Of a stretch of 64,000 nucleotides of DNA, positions 8,575-18,189 are shown piece by piece; the stretch's first letter is position 1; each line of letters starts with the position of its first letter. Position numbers and translations under genes: made by a program. The notes beneath the pieces are model-generated. The model had not been told where the DNA came from, made no database searches, and was given only the letters and a program-made list of their open reading frames with translations. The stretch comes from a bacterium (GTDB lineage Bacteria > Synergistota > GBS-1), in the NCBI GenBank assembly GCA_030153785.1, contig JASKLF010000001.1, positions 216,896 to 280,895 on the forward strand, written 5' to 3'.

Positions 8575-10345
8575 GGGCAAACAGCTCCTCAAGGAGTTCT
8601 TTCCTATCTCCATGTTCTATAAATCTATCTGGGATAGCGAAGATTCTAAAATCCCTCGGCTGAATCCCGTACGACAAGAGTATAGATCCAATTTCCTCTC
8701 CAACACCGCCTATTTTGGCTCCCTCTTCGAAAACATAGATCTTATCAAAGTTCTTGGCATTCTCAACTATAACTTCAACATCTAACGGCTTTGCGAAAGC
8801 CAAATCTATAACCCTAAAGTTTGAAAGCCTTAAAGCAAAATCACATGTAGGACCCAAGCAGAATGCCACACCCCCATCCCCGTCCCTCAAAAGATGAGAT
8901 TTACCTATCTCTAACAATTTAGGAGGGCTATCCCAATCGGGCAAACTCTCTGTACATCCTCGCGGATATCTGATTATCACAGGCCTATCCAAGGTTACCG
9001 CGGTATTCAACATATCTCTCAAAGAAGCGCCATCTCTGGGACAAGCTATGATAAGATTAGGCACACATCGTAAGAAAACGAGGTCAAAAACCCCATGATG
9101 AGTTGGACCATCATCACCAACAATTCCTCCTCGGTCAACAGCCAAAACTACCGGCAATTCTTGAAGAGCGATGTCGTGAATAAGTTGGTCATAAGCTCTT
9201 TGTAAAAATGTAGAATATATAGCAACTATGGGCTTCAATCCACCACGAGCGAGACCAGCCGCAAGTCCAAGCATATGTTGTTCAGCTATTCCTACATCAA
9301 TAAAGCGAGAAGGAAACCTTTTAGCAAACTCATCAAGTCCGGTGCCCTTCTTCATTGCAGCTGTAAGACAGACTATCCTCTCGTCTTTAGATGCGAGCTC
9401 TAAAACAGCTTTACCAAATATGAGACTGTATGGCTCCCCCTTTCTTTCCCTACCGGAGACCCTAAAAGGAGGCGTTCCATGGAAGGTTTCCGGGTCTCGC
9501 TCAGCAGGAGGATATCCCTTACCCTTTTTGGTTATCACATGAATTACAACGGGTTTATTAATTTCCTTGGCACTCTCAAAGACCCTCTCCATTAAATCTA
9601 TATTGTGCCCATCAATCGGCCCCCAATGAATCAAGCCAAGTTCCTCAAAGATTGTGCTCTTTATGAGAAACTTCCTGAGTCTCTCTTTCATATCTTCAAG
9701 AAGGTTCTCCACTTCTTTCCCAAAGGGCAAAAAGCGAAGAAAAGAGCGAACCCTTTTCTTTAAGCTGAGCCAACTGGGACGCAATCTTAAACGAGCTAAG
9801 TGTGAAGCGATAGCTCCAACACGGGGGCCTATCGCCATCTCATTGTCATTTAAAATTATCACTACCTTTTTTTTAAGCATCCCTATATGATTAAGGGCCT
9901 CAAGAGCCATGCCAGACATTAAAGAACCATCTCCTATTATCGCAACCACTTCTCCTTTTCCAGCCAAGGCTAAACCCAAAGCCCAAGACAAAGAAGTCCC
10001 ACTATGACCTACGACAAATTTATCCGCAGGACTTTCCTTCGGATTAGGAAAACCGCTTAATCCCCCCCGTTTTCTTATGGTATGAAATTTATCTCCTCTT
10101 CCCGTCAGAATCTTAAAGGGATAACACTGGTGCCCCACATCCCAGATTATATAATCCTCAAATGGGTCCCATACCCTCAAAAGAGCTATGGTCAATTCCA
10201 CAACTCCTAAATTGGAAGATAAATGTCCTCCGTTATTACCAACCACATCGATAATCTTCTCCCTAATCTCAGAGGCAAGAAGCTTAAGCTCATCGCTCCG
10301 TAGCTTTCTAAGGTCTTCAACCCTCTTTATACTTTCAAGGATCAA
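8552..10345 (-). CDS. dxs: 1-deoxy-D-xylulose-5-phosphate synthase
   Basis: 597 aa with a TTG start. The TPP-binding region is present (GHLSSNLGVVELTIALLRVWDP...DVGHQCYPFKILTGR) and transketolase-like domains follow. Confidence 0.95.
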   Translation of the reverse strand: MILESIKRVEDLRKLRSDELKLLASEIREKIIDVVGNNGGHLSSNLGVVELTIALLRVWDPFEDYIIWDVGHQCYPFKILTGRGDKFHTIRKRGGLSGFPNPKESPADKFVVGHSGTSLSWALGLALAGKGEVVAIIGDGSLMSGMALEALNHIGMLKKKVVIILNDNEMAIGPRVGAIASHLARLRLRPSWLSLKKRVRSFLRFLPFGKEVENLLEDMKERLRKFLIKSTIFEELGLIHWGPIDGHNIDLMERVFESAKEINKPVVIHVITKKGKGYPPAERDPETFHGTPPFRVSGRERKGEPYSLIFGKAVLELASKDERIVCLTAAMKKGTGLDEFAKRFPSRFIDVGIAEQHMLGLAAGLARGGLKPIVAIYSTFLQRAYDQLIHDIALQELPVVLAVDRGGIVGDDGPTHHGVFDLVFLRCVPNLIIACPRDGASLRDMLNTAVTLDRPVIIRYPRGCTESLPDWDSPPKLLEIGKSHLLRDGDGGVAFCLGPTCDFALRLSNFRVIDLAFAKPLDVEVIVENAKNFDKIYVFEEGAKIGGVGEEIGSILLSYGIQPRDFRIFAIPDRFIEHGDRKELLEELFALEERENR

Positions 10346-10347
10346 AC

Positions 10348-11145
10348 TTATCCAAGCCTCCTCGAAACCATTATGGCCAATTCTTTTAAATCTTCCCCTT
10401 TCTCTCCAAAGGTGGAGGCAAGAAACACAGCCTCATTAATCAATCGCTTAGCTTCCTCCCTTGCCTTATTCAAACCATAAACAGCAGGATAGGTAGGTCC
10501 TTCCTCCTTCTCAAAGTCCAAAATATCATCTACTATTTGAAAGGCCATTCCTAACTTCTCTCCGTATCGAGTTAGAGTGTCAAGCTCCTCAAAAGTTGCC
10601 CCTCCAACCAGCCCACCACATCTGCTAGAAGCCCTTATAAGCGCCATGGTTTTCTTAGAGTGAATATCCTCTATCCTCCCTTCGGTAATATCGAGAACTT
10701 GCCCCCCAACCATGCCAGAAGGACCAGCGGCATAAGCTATCTCAAAGATAACATCCTTTAAAAGGTTACCGCTCAAGCTACTGCTCAATATTTCAAAGGC
10801 ATAGGTTAAAAGGGCATCGCCCGCAAGCACAGCGAGAGCGCACCCAAATTTCTTGTGAGTCGAAGGCTTCCCCCTGCGAAAATCATCATTATCCATACAA
10901 GGGAGGTCATCATGAATTAAAGAATAATTGTGAATTAGCTCGATAGCACAGGCCACTGGAAGCGCATCGCTCAGATGTCCACCAACTGCCTCACAAGAGG
11001 ATAAAACTAAAAGAGGTCTAAATCTCTTCCCACCAGGAAATAGAGAATACTCCATCGCTTCCAAAAGAAGAGAAGGCACCTCTTTTAACTTCATATAGTC
11101 TCTCAACGCCATTTCTATAATCTCAATTTTATCTTCCAGAGCCAC
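10348..11145 (-). CDS. ispA: polyprenyl synthetase (farnesyl/geranylgeranyl diphosphate synthase)
   Basis: The first and second Asp-rich motifs are present (LIHDDLPCMDNDDFRRGKPSTH and FQIVDDILD). Confidence 0.85.
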   Translation of the reverse strand: MALEDKIEIIEMALRDYMKLKEVPSLLLEAMEYSLFPGGKRFRPLLVLSSCEAVGGHLSDALPVACAIELIHNYSLIHDDLPCMDNDDFRRGKPSTHKKFGCALAVLAGDALLTYAFEILSSSLSGNLLKDVIFEIAYAAGPSGMVGGQVLDITEGRIEDIHSKKTMALIRASSRCGGLVGGATFEELDTLTRYGEKLGMAFQIVDDILDFEKEEGPTYPAVYGLNKAREEAKRLINEAVFLASTFGEKGEDLKELAIMVSRRLG

Positions 11146-11232
11146 CTTACCATCTCCTTTCTCAATCTCTATTATGATTATAGCAGTTATTGTGCTATAC
11201 TTCTAAAAAGAAAAGGGAAAGGAGGAGGAACC

Positions 11233-12024
11233 ATGAGATTTAGGTGCGCGGTTTTTATAGTTCTTTTGCTGTCATTTTTACCAACTCTTGCGAGAGGAGA
11301 GGAAAACCCCTTTCTCGCTAAAGCACGCATCAAGCTAATCCAAGCAAAAAAAATCGTCATCTTACCCTTTTCCAGCACCTCAAGGAACCCCATGGAAATA
11401 GAGAGCAGAAGGCTACTTTTTGCTATTAGACAAAGATTCGAAAGCATGGGAAAGCTTGTAATGCCTGAAGAAGATGTATGGAAGCTACTTAGAGAAATGA
11501 ACCTGGTGGAGAGGAAAAATGAATACCAAAAGAAATTGGAAGAGCAACTCGAAACCTACGGATTTAGCAAGGAAATGCACGAATATCTAAAAGAGAACGA
11601 CCCCAGGCTTCTAAGCGAACCCTTTATGCTTGCATTAACGAAAGAAGAAATCAAAAAAATCGGAAGCTACTTTAAAGCGGACATAATAGTAAGAGGTTGT
11701 ATAGTAGATTACGGCACGATGGATGTTTCCAGCGGAAGCCCTTTAAGTCAACTCCTCGGGGGAATTGCCCCATTCGTAACAGCTCAGAGGATAGGGGTAG
11801 CCATTGCCATAGGAAGCTATATTCCCTCTACCGATAAACAAGGAGTAGTTCAAATGACCATTCACCTTTGTGATGGAGAAAGCGGAGAGCTCCTTTACGG
11901 AAAGTCCCTCTTTTCTACATACAAACCCCTCTTCTCTAACTTAAAAAGCAAAGCTGTCTTGCTTCAGGGAGCAATTCAGAGAGCTTTAGAAACCTTCTTT
12001 GAAGAGTTTTCTGAAGTTAATTAA
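11233..12024 (+). CDS. secreted hypothetical protein (signal peptide; C-terminal region with CsgG/TolB-N-like pattern)
   Basis: There is a strong RBS (GGAGGAGG) and a signal peptide (MRFRCAVFIVLLLSFLPTLARGEE). The C-terminal region reads GADIIVRGCIVDYG...VQMTIHLCDGESGELLYGKS. Confidence 0.6.
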   Translation: MRFRCAVFIVLLLSFLPTLARGEENPFLAKARIKLIQAKKIVILPFSSTSRNPMEIESRRLLFAIRQRFESMGKLVMPEEDVWKLLREMNLVERKNEYQKKLEEQLETYGFSKEMHEYLKENDPRLLSEPFMLALTKEEIKKIGSYFKADIIVRGCIVDYGTMDVSSGSPLSQLLGGIAPFVTAQRIGVAIAIGSYIPSTDKQGVVQMTIHLCDGESGELLYGKSLFSTYKPLFSNLKSKAVLLQGAIQRALETFFEEFSEVN

Positions 12025-12815
12025 AGCTCGTTTTCCCGCTTCCACGCTTCATAAAGTTTCCTATCATAAAGATTAGGGAAAAGAGCCCTTAAGACAACAA
12101 AAAGGTTATAACGGAAAGGCCAAACGAGAACCCTCTTTCTCTTCAAATAGGCATCATAAACCGCTTTTGCAAAAAGGGAGGGGTCTTCCCTTCTGCCCAA
12201 TGGGGGGTGCCTTAAGCTGCCCAATGTCCTTTCCGTAAACTCCGTTTTAATCCTTCCTGCTTCCACGTTAAGCACATTTATATCTCTCTCCACTAATTCA
12301 GCTCTCAGGCTTTCCATTATAGAGCTTAAAGCAGACTTACTGGCACCGTATCCCCCCATAAAGGGAACTGGTAAACGCGCCGTTATAGAAGAGATGTTTA
12401 TTATGGTTCCCCCATTCTTCATATGCCTCAGGGCTTCCTTAGTCAGCCGAAATGGGGAAAAAAAGTTCACTTCAAACACATAACGCAAATCCTCTTCGCT
12501 CATATCCTCAAAGCCTTCATAAATGCCAACGCCTGCCCCATTTATAAGGACATCTATCTTGCCAAAACTATTTAAAGCCTTTCGAACCACTTCAACTTCA
12601 TTCCTCTTTAAGGCGTCATAGATACATACTTCCACCTTAGCCCAGCCAAGTTCCCTCTCGAGCAAGCGAAGCTTCTCTTTCGACCTACCGCATAAAAGGA
12701 GAGAAAAACCCTCTTCAGCAAATTTCAAACTTAAAGCTCTCCCTATTCCACCTGTAGCTCCCGTTATTATACAAACCTTACTCACGTTTTTACTCATCAA
12801 CACAAAGTATACCAT
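12021..12815 (-). CDS. SDR family oxidoreductase
   Basis: It has a Rossmann motif (CIITGATGGIGRAL) and a YxxxK catalytic motif (GYGASK). Confidence 0.8.
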   Translation of the reverse strand: MVYFVLMSKNVSKVCIITGATGGIGRALSLKFAEEGFSLLLCGRSKEKLRLLERELGWAKVEVCIYDALKRNEVEVVRKALNSFGKIDVLINGAGVGIYEGFEDMSEEDLRYVFEVNFFSPFRLTKEALRHMKNGGTIINISSITARLPVPFMGGYGASKSALSSIMESLRAELVERDINVLNVEAGRIKTEFTERTLGSLRHPPLGRREDPSLFAKAVYDAYLKRKRVLVWPFRYNLFVVLRALFPNLYDRKLYEAWKRENEL

Positions 12816-12849
12816 AAATACTACCCATAATTAGTGCTATAATAGCTTT

Positions 12850-13974
12850 ATGAAGGTTGCGTTAAGAAAAATTCCCGAGATAAGCTACGAGCATATAAAA
12901 ACAAAGATTAAAGAGATTTTCGACCTTCTTGGTGGAGTTGAAAAGTTTATATCTCCCAACAATAAGGTTTTGATCAAGCCTAACCTTCTTTCCCCATCAA
13001 AGATAGAAGAAGCGAGAATAACCGACCCGAGGGTTATTGAAGCTGTCGTTGAGATTATCCACCCAATAGCATCAGAAATATGGATAGGTGATAGCTCGGG
13101 CATCTCAACGAAAAGCGCAACTCAGAGAACAATGGAAAGTATAGCTTTACATGAGCTACCTCAGAAATACCCGAAAGTTAAGCTAAGAAACTTTGACGAA
13201 GAAGGTAAAAGGACCAAAGAGATAAGTTTAGGAAAAAGAGGTAAAATGCATGTGGCGGTAGCAGAGGCAGTTTTCCAAGCGGATAAGATAATCAACCTAC
13301 CTAAGCTAAAGACGCACAACCTTACCGTTATGACCTGTGCCGTTAAGAACACCTTCGGCTGTCTTCCTGGAAGTCAGAAGGCAAGAGTTCACGCCGAAGC
13401 CAGGGACGCGGAAAACTTCGCCCATGCGTTGATAGATCTCCATCTCATCGCAAAGCCAACCATCACAATAGTGGATGCAACCTTATCCATGGAAGGAGAA
13501 GGACCATCGTGGGGAAAACCAATAGAAACAAAACTCCTTTTCGGAGGAGAAAACTCTTTCGCGGTAGACTTAGTAGCATCAAGAATAATGGGATTCGTCC
13601 CTCATAAAATTCCAACCATAAAGGTAGCAGAGGAAAGAAACCTAAATCCGGAAAAAGTAGATATAGTGGGAGAGAGATTAGAGGAAGTAAGTTTCAGCTT
13701 TGAGGCTCCAAAAAGCATGATTTTGGCTAGGGCTCTACCTTCCTTCATATGGAGAGGGCTAACACCCAAGATAAAGATGAACGAAGAAAAGTGCATAAAA
13801 TGTGGAATATGTGCTAAAAACTGTCCGGAAAGGGCAATTACCCTGAGTCCCTTTCCAAGGGTCAACTATGATAAGTGCATCTTATGCTTCTGCTGTCATG
13901 AGCTTTGTCCCGTAGGAGCGGTGCAAATACAGGAAAGATTATTATCAAAGTTATTTCTGTGTGGGGTGAGATAG
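12850..13974 (+). CDS. DUF362 domain protein with C-terminal 2x[4Fe-4S] ferredoxin domain
   Basis: The DUF362-like N-terminus reads KVLIKPNLL...IGDSSG. The C-terminus has two cysteine clusters: CIKCGICAKNCP and CILCFCCHELCP. Confidence 0.75.
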   Translation: MKVALRKIPEISYEHIKTKIKEIFDLLGGVEKFISPNNKVLIKPNLLSPSKIEEARITDPRVIEAVVEIIHPIASEIWIGDSSGISTKSATQRTMESIALHELPQKYPKVKLRNFDEEGKRTKEISLGKRGKMHVAVAEAVFQADKIINLPKLKTHNLTVMTCAVKNTFGCLPGSQKARVHAEARDAENFAHALIDLHLIAKPTITIVDATLSMEGEGPSWGKPIETKLLFGGENSFAVDLVASRIMGFVPHKIPTIKVAEERNLNPEKVDIVGERLEEVSFSFEAPKSMILARALPSFIWRGLTPKIKMNEEKCIKCGICAKNCPERAITLSPFPRVNYDKCILCFCCHELCPVGAVQIQERLLSKLFLCGVR

Positions 13975-13977
13975 GAC

Positions 13978-14505
13978 GTGAATTTAGCAATTAAATTAAC
14001 ACTTTTAAGAATGGTTTTAACGATACCCTTTATAGCTGCGTGTCTCTGGGAAGAGGGAAACTTAAAACTTGCCTCGCTTATACTCTTCTCAGTAGCCTCG
14101 TTAACCGATTATCTCGATGGCAGGATAGCCAGGGCAAAGAAGATAATAACTGATGCAGGTAAAATCTTAGATCCTATAGCAGATAAGATTCTAATCACGG
14201 GCGCCTTTGTGAGCTTCGTCCAACTTGGAAAGGTACCTGCATGGATAGCAATCGTAGTGATAACAAGAGAGTTTTTAGTGACAGGCTTGCGGACCTTAGC
14301 AGCAAACAAGAGCATAATCATATCGGCAAGCTTTTTTGGAAAGGCAAAAATGTTTCTCCAGACCATAGCGGTATTCACAATACTATTGGGTTTCAACGAA
14401 ACCATTACTCTCATAGTATTATGGACAACGGCCATAGTAACGATACTTTCGGGGTTAGATTATTTTATTAAAAACAAAGAAATAATAAGGGAGGCGCTGA
14501 AATAG
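13978..14505 (+). CDS. pgsA: CDP-diacylglycerol--glycerol-3-phosphate 3-phosphatidyltransferase
   Basis: The CDP-alcohol phosphatidyltransferase motif is present (DYLDGRIAR...GKILDPIADKIL), and the start is GTG. Confidence 0.85.
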   Translation: MNLAIKLTLLRMVLTIPFIAACLWEEGNLKLASLILFSVASLTDYLDGRIARAKKIITDAGKILDPIADKILITGAFVSFVQLGKVPAWIAIVVITREFLVTGLRTLAANKSIIISASFFGKAKMFLQTIAVFTILLGFNETITLIVLWTTAIVTILSGLDYFIKNKEIIREALK

Positions 14506-14507
14506 AA

Positions 14508-15116
14508 ATGGAAGTTATTGCTTTTATCATTATCGGCTTCCTATTCGGGTCTTTCCCTACAGGCTACGTCTATGGAAAGCTCCTTTTCGGGATAGATATT
14601 AGGAAGCACGGAAGCGGAAACATTGGCATGGCAAACGTCAGAAGAACCCTTGGGAAAAAGGCCGCGCTTATAACTCTGATTGGGGACCTCATAAAAGGAG
14701 CTATTCCCTATCTTCTAACCCTGAAGTATACAGGCTCTTATGAAATCGCTTTATCCTCTGGCTTTGCTGCCATATGCGGACACATATGGACACCATTTTT
14801 AGGCTTCAAAGGAGGAAAAGGTATAGCTACAACCTATGGTGTCCTTGCGGCTGCATCCCTGCCTGTAGCCATCCTGTCCGCTTTCGTCTGGTATATCATG
14901 GTTAAGGTAACAAGATATTCCTCGTTAGGCTCTCTTTGTGGAGTTGGCTCCAGTATAGCTTGGGCTTATGTTTTGCCCTTCTCTCCTAAAGCCCTTCCCT
15001 TTTTCTCTCTAATAACTTTCATCCTCGTTCTCTATACTCACAGAGAGAATATAAGAAGGCTTATCAAGGGGGAGGAATTAACCATAGATGGAAAACCAAA
15101 GATTAGAGGAGATTGA
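14508..15116 (+). CDS. plsY: glycerol-3-phosphate acyltransferase PlsY
   Basis: PlsY motifs are present (GSGNIGMANVRRTLG, FLGFKGGKGIATTYG). Confidence 0.9.
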   Translation: MEVIAFIIIGFLFGSFPTGYVYGKLLFGIDIRKHGSGNIGMANVRRTLGKKAALITLIGDLIKGAIPYLLTLKYTGSYEIALSSGFAAICGHIWTPFLGFKGGKGIATTYGVLAAASLPVAILSAFVWYIMVKVTRYSSLGSLCGVGSSIAWAYVLPFSPKALPFFSLITFILVLYTHRENIRRLIKGEELTIDGKPKIRGD

Positions 15117-15951
15117 AAACATCTCATCCCCCTGCAGGTTATGCCCTCACGAATGCAAAGCTGAAAGGAATGAGAAAAAAGCGGGTTTTTGCAGAGTACC
15201 TACATTGGAACCCATGATAAGTAGTTACGGCCCCCACTTTGGAGAAGAAAGTTTCCTTGTTGGAAGAGGTGGATCCGGAACAATATTTTTTACTTACTGT
15301 AATATGAAATGCGTTTTCTGCCAAAATTACGATATAAGCCAGTTAGGATATGGTAAGGTCATAAAGGTGGAAGACTTAGCTAAGATAATGTTAACGCTTC
15401 AAAAGGCAGGCTGTCACAATATCAACCTTGTAACACCCACTCCACATATTCTTTCCATAGTCAAGGCTATAGAGCTTGCCAAGGCTAAAGGACTCCACAT
15501 ACCAATAGTCTATAATTGTGGGGGATATGAGTCTGTTAAAACCCTAAAGCTCCTTAAAGGGGTAATCGACATCTACATGCCAGACTTCAAATATGGAGAA
15601 TCAGAAGCGGGAGAGGAGCTATCCAAGGTTAAGAACTATACGGAGATCGCTCTTCAAGCTATAGAAGAAATGCTATCACAGGTTGGGCATTTAGAGATCG
15701 GTCCAGATGGAATAGCAAGAAAGGGAGTTTTCATAAGACACCTTATCATGCCCAACGATGCCGCATCGTCCTTTAAAGCCCTTGAGCTCCTTGCCGAAAA
15801 CTTTCCCGGGATAGCTGTTAATATCATGGATCAGTATTATCCAACCTATCTTGCTGAAAGATACCCCAAAATATCAAGAAGAATAAATGCGAGAGAGTGG
15901 AGCGAGATCCTGAAATTCGCTGGTAGCCTCAGACTAAGAATAGTAAGCTAA
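15088..15951 (+). CDS. radical SAM protein (PflX-like, COG1313)
   Basis: It has the CNMKCVFC (Cx3Cx2C) radical SAM motif and an N-terminal CRLCPHECKAERNEKKAGFC cluster. It overlaps the plsY 3' end by 29 nt. Confidence 0.75.
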   Translation: MENQRLEEIENISSPCRLCPHECKAERNEKKAGFCRVPTLEPMISSYGPHFGEESFLVGRGGSGTIFFTYCNMKCVFCQNYDISQLGYGKVIKVEDLAKIMLTLQKAGCHNINLVTPTPHILSIVKAIELAKAKGLHIPIVYNCGGYESVKTLKLLKGVIDIYMPDFKYGESEAGEELSKVKNYTEIALQAIEEMLSQVGHLEIGPDGIARKGVFIRHLIMPNDAASSFKALELLAENFPGIAVNIMDQYYPTYLAERYPKISRRINAREWSEILKFAGSLRLRIVS

Positions 15952-17860
15952 CCGCCCTTGCAAACATAGCGAGAACAAAGGCAATAACAAAGGTTAAAAG
16001 AAAAACAAAAAGAGACCTCCTTATACCTATCTCTTTTATCAAAGCCCCCAAGGTAGATATGCACGGAAAGTAGAATATAATAAAAACTGTAAACACGAGA
16101 ATTTGGGAAGGAAGTAAAACCGATAAATCCCCACCTAAAGCCTGCCTGAGCATTAATAAAGATAGCTCTTTCCTCAAAAGGCCAAATATGAGGGTAACGC
16201 CCGCTGAAACGGGAAGACCAAGGGAACGGGTGAGAAAACTAAAGATGGAATTTATTTTATCCTCAAAATCATAGTAAGTAATTAATGATAAAAGAATACT
16301 TCCTCCTATTAGAAGAGGCCACGCTACTATTAAAAACTCTCTAAGCCTAAGCCACGTTTTCGCCAAAAGACCCTTTAAGGTAGGCAAGCGATACGGCGGG
16401 ACCTCCATTATAAGCCCCTCACAATATCCGGGAAGGAGCTTAGAAAAGGCCCATCCTAAAATGCCAACTATTACAAGGTTTAAAATATAAAGAAAAGAGA
16501 CCCAACCTCCACCAAGGTAAAAGCCAACAAGTCCCATTATTATTGTCATCCTAGCAGCACACGGAATTAAAACGGTTAATATGGAAGCAATAAACCGATC
16601 ACGCGAGCTCTCGAGTATCCTTATAGCCATCACGCCCGGGACATTGCAACCGTATCCCAGAATGAGGGGCAATATTGCCTTTCCATGAAGGCCTATCCTA
16701 TGCATCAATGCATCTACAAGAAACGCTATCCTTGGAAGATACCCAAGATCTTCAAGAAAAGACAAGCCCAATAGAAAGGGGAAGAGATATGGTAGAACAA
16801 TAGCAAGTCCCCCAGTAAAACCATCATATATCCCCTTAATTATGTACGAAGCCAAGCCCTCCGAACCCCAAAAAGGCGAAATTTTCTCGTAAAAACTCTC
16901 AAAGAAAGCGAGAAGAGGACCTTCTAATAAAGAACCGAACTTAAAAATAAAGGAGAAGAAAAGGTACAAGGTCAAAACAAGCAAAGGATAACCTATATAG
17001 GGATTAAGAACGAAGGTATCTATCTTCTCCCTTATGGTCTCCTTTCCTTTCTTAACCTTAGCAACTTGCTCAAACACATTGAAGGCAAGAGCGTGCCGTT
17101 GAGAAGCTATTATTTCATCAGGTTCCCTACCATATTCCTTTAATATCCTCTCCCTCGCCTGAGCTACAAAATCCGTGAGCTCAGGGGCATATCTATAAAC
17201 TATAGAGCTTATCTCTTGGTCTCCTTCTAAAAGTTTAAGGGCAAGAAACCTCTTTGGGAATCTACCCACTATATTAACGTTACTTAACCTATTTTCCAGG
17301 CCTTCAATTTCTCTTTCAATAGCCCCACAAAATTTAAGGGGAGAGGCTTTAACCCCTTCCTCGATAGCCATAAGGGCGGTTTCGAAAAGTTCTTTTAATC
17401 CCCTGCCCCTGTTAGCAACCGTTGCAACCACGGGAATACCTAAAATCGTCGAAAGTTTTTCCACTTCTATGATTACTCCCTTTTCCGCAGCTTCATCCAT
17501 CATGTTAAGACAGAGTATCATCGGAAGCTCCAACTCCATAAGCTCAATGGTAAACTCAAGGCTCCTTGAAAGGAGTGAAGCATCAAGAACATTTATATAA
17601 AGATCAGCCCCCGTTTTAAGCATAAATTTCCGCGCTTCCCTTTCGGCTTCATCAACAGGAGAAAGAGAGTAAATACCTGGAAGATCCACCAGCTCAAAAA
17701 CTCTGTTACCGAAGCGAATATCGCTCACCGTATACGAAACTGTGGTCCCCGGGAAATTGGAGGCGATGGACTTATAGCCTGCCACCTGATTAAATATGGT
17801 GCTCTTACCACAGTTAGGTTGTCCAACGAGAGCAATTCTTACTCTATCTTTTCCACCCAA
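15929..17860 (-). CDS. feoB: ferrous iron transporter FeoB
   Basis: It has an N-terminal G-domain (VGQPNCGKSTIFN) followed by polytopic membrane domains. It is 643 aa. Confidence 0.9.
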   Translation of the reverse strand: MGGKDRVRIALVGQPNCGKSTIFNQVAGYKSIASNFPGTTVSYTVSDIRFGNRVFELVDLPGIYSLSPVDEAEREARKFMLKTGADLYINVLDASLLSRSLEFTIELMELELPMILCLNMMDEAAEKGVIIEVEKLSTILGIPVVATVANRGRGLKELFETALMAIEEGVKASPLKFCGAIEREIEGLENRLSNVNIVGRFPKRFLALKLLEGDQEISSIVYRYAPELTDFVAQARERILKEYGREPDEIIASQRHALAFNVFEQVAKVKKGKETIREKIDTFVLNPYIGYPLLVLTLYLFFSFIFKFGSLLEGPLLAFFESFYEKISPFWGSEGLASYIIKGIYDGFTGGLAIVLPYLFPFLLGLSFLEDLGYLPRIAFLVDALMHRIGLHGKAILPLILGYGCNVPGVMAIRILESSRDRFIASILTVLIPCAARMTIIMGLVGFYLGGGWVSFLYILNLVIVGILGWAFSKLLPGYCEGLIMEVPPYRLPTLKGLLAKTWLRLREFLIVAWPLLIGGSILLSLITYYDFEDKINSIFSFLTRSLGLPVSAGVTLIFGLLRKELSLLMLRQALGGDLSVLLPSQILVFTVFIIFYFPCISTLGALIKEIGIRRSLFVFLLTFVIAFVLAMFARAVSLLFLV

Positions 17861-18078
17861 ATTCTCGATGCCACCCCTCTTCCAAGAGCGATTCGCGCAT
17901 TATTTACCTCTACCATCAAAGGACAACCTAAAACAGCGCTTTTTGCAATCTTTACCTCAACTCCAGGTATTATCCCTAATTGAACAAGCCTCATCCTAAA
18001 GCCTTTTCCACCAACAATGTCTACTACTTTCCCTTTTTCCCCTTCGTCTAATTTATCTAAAGGGAGAACCTCCCTCAT
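17839..18078 (-). CDS. feoA: FeoA family protein
   Basis: 79 aa SH3-like FeoA (GEKGKVVDIVGGKGFRMRLVQLGIIPG) immediately upstream of feoB. Confidence 0.8.
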   Translation of the reverse strand: MREVLPLDKLDEGEKGKVVDIVGGKGFRMRLVQLGIIPGVEVKIAKSAVLGCPLMVEVNNARIALGRGVASRIWVEKIE

Positions 18079-18140
18079 TTACATCCCACCTTTATCCTTT
18101 ATCAGCTTAAGTATTATACTCCATTTTAAACCATAAAAAA

Positions 18141-18173
18141 AGCGCCCCCTTAAGAATTAGGGGGCGCTTTTTC
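18141..18173. terminator. rho-independent terminator (bidirectional-capable) downstream of uxuA / upstream of feoA
   Basis: AGCGCCCCC-ttaagaatta-GGGGGCGCT forms a 9-bp GC stem. It is flanked by an A-run (5') and TTTTT (3'). Confidence 0.6.
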
Positions 18174-18189
18174 TCAAAGAAATTTATAA

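Noticed and set aside
11187-11447. 86-aa minus-strand ORF overlapping the start of the secreted protein gene
   Set aside because: The plus-strand ORF has a consensus RBS, a canonical signal peptide and a length of 263 aa. The minus ORF has no RBS and no similarity. It is not xseB, which might have been expected upstream of ispA.
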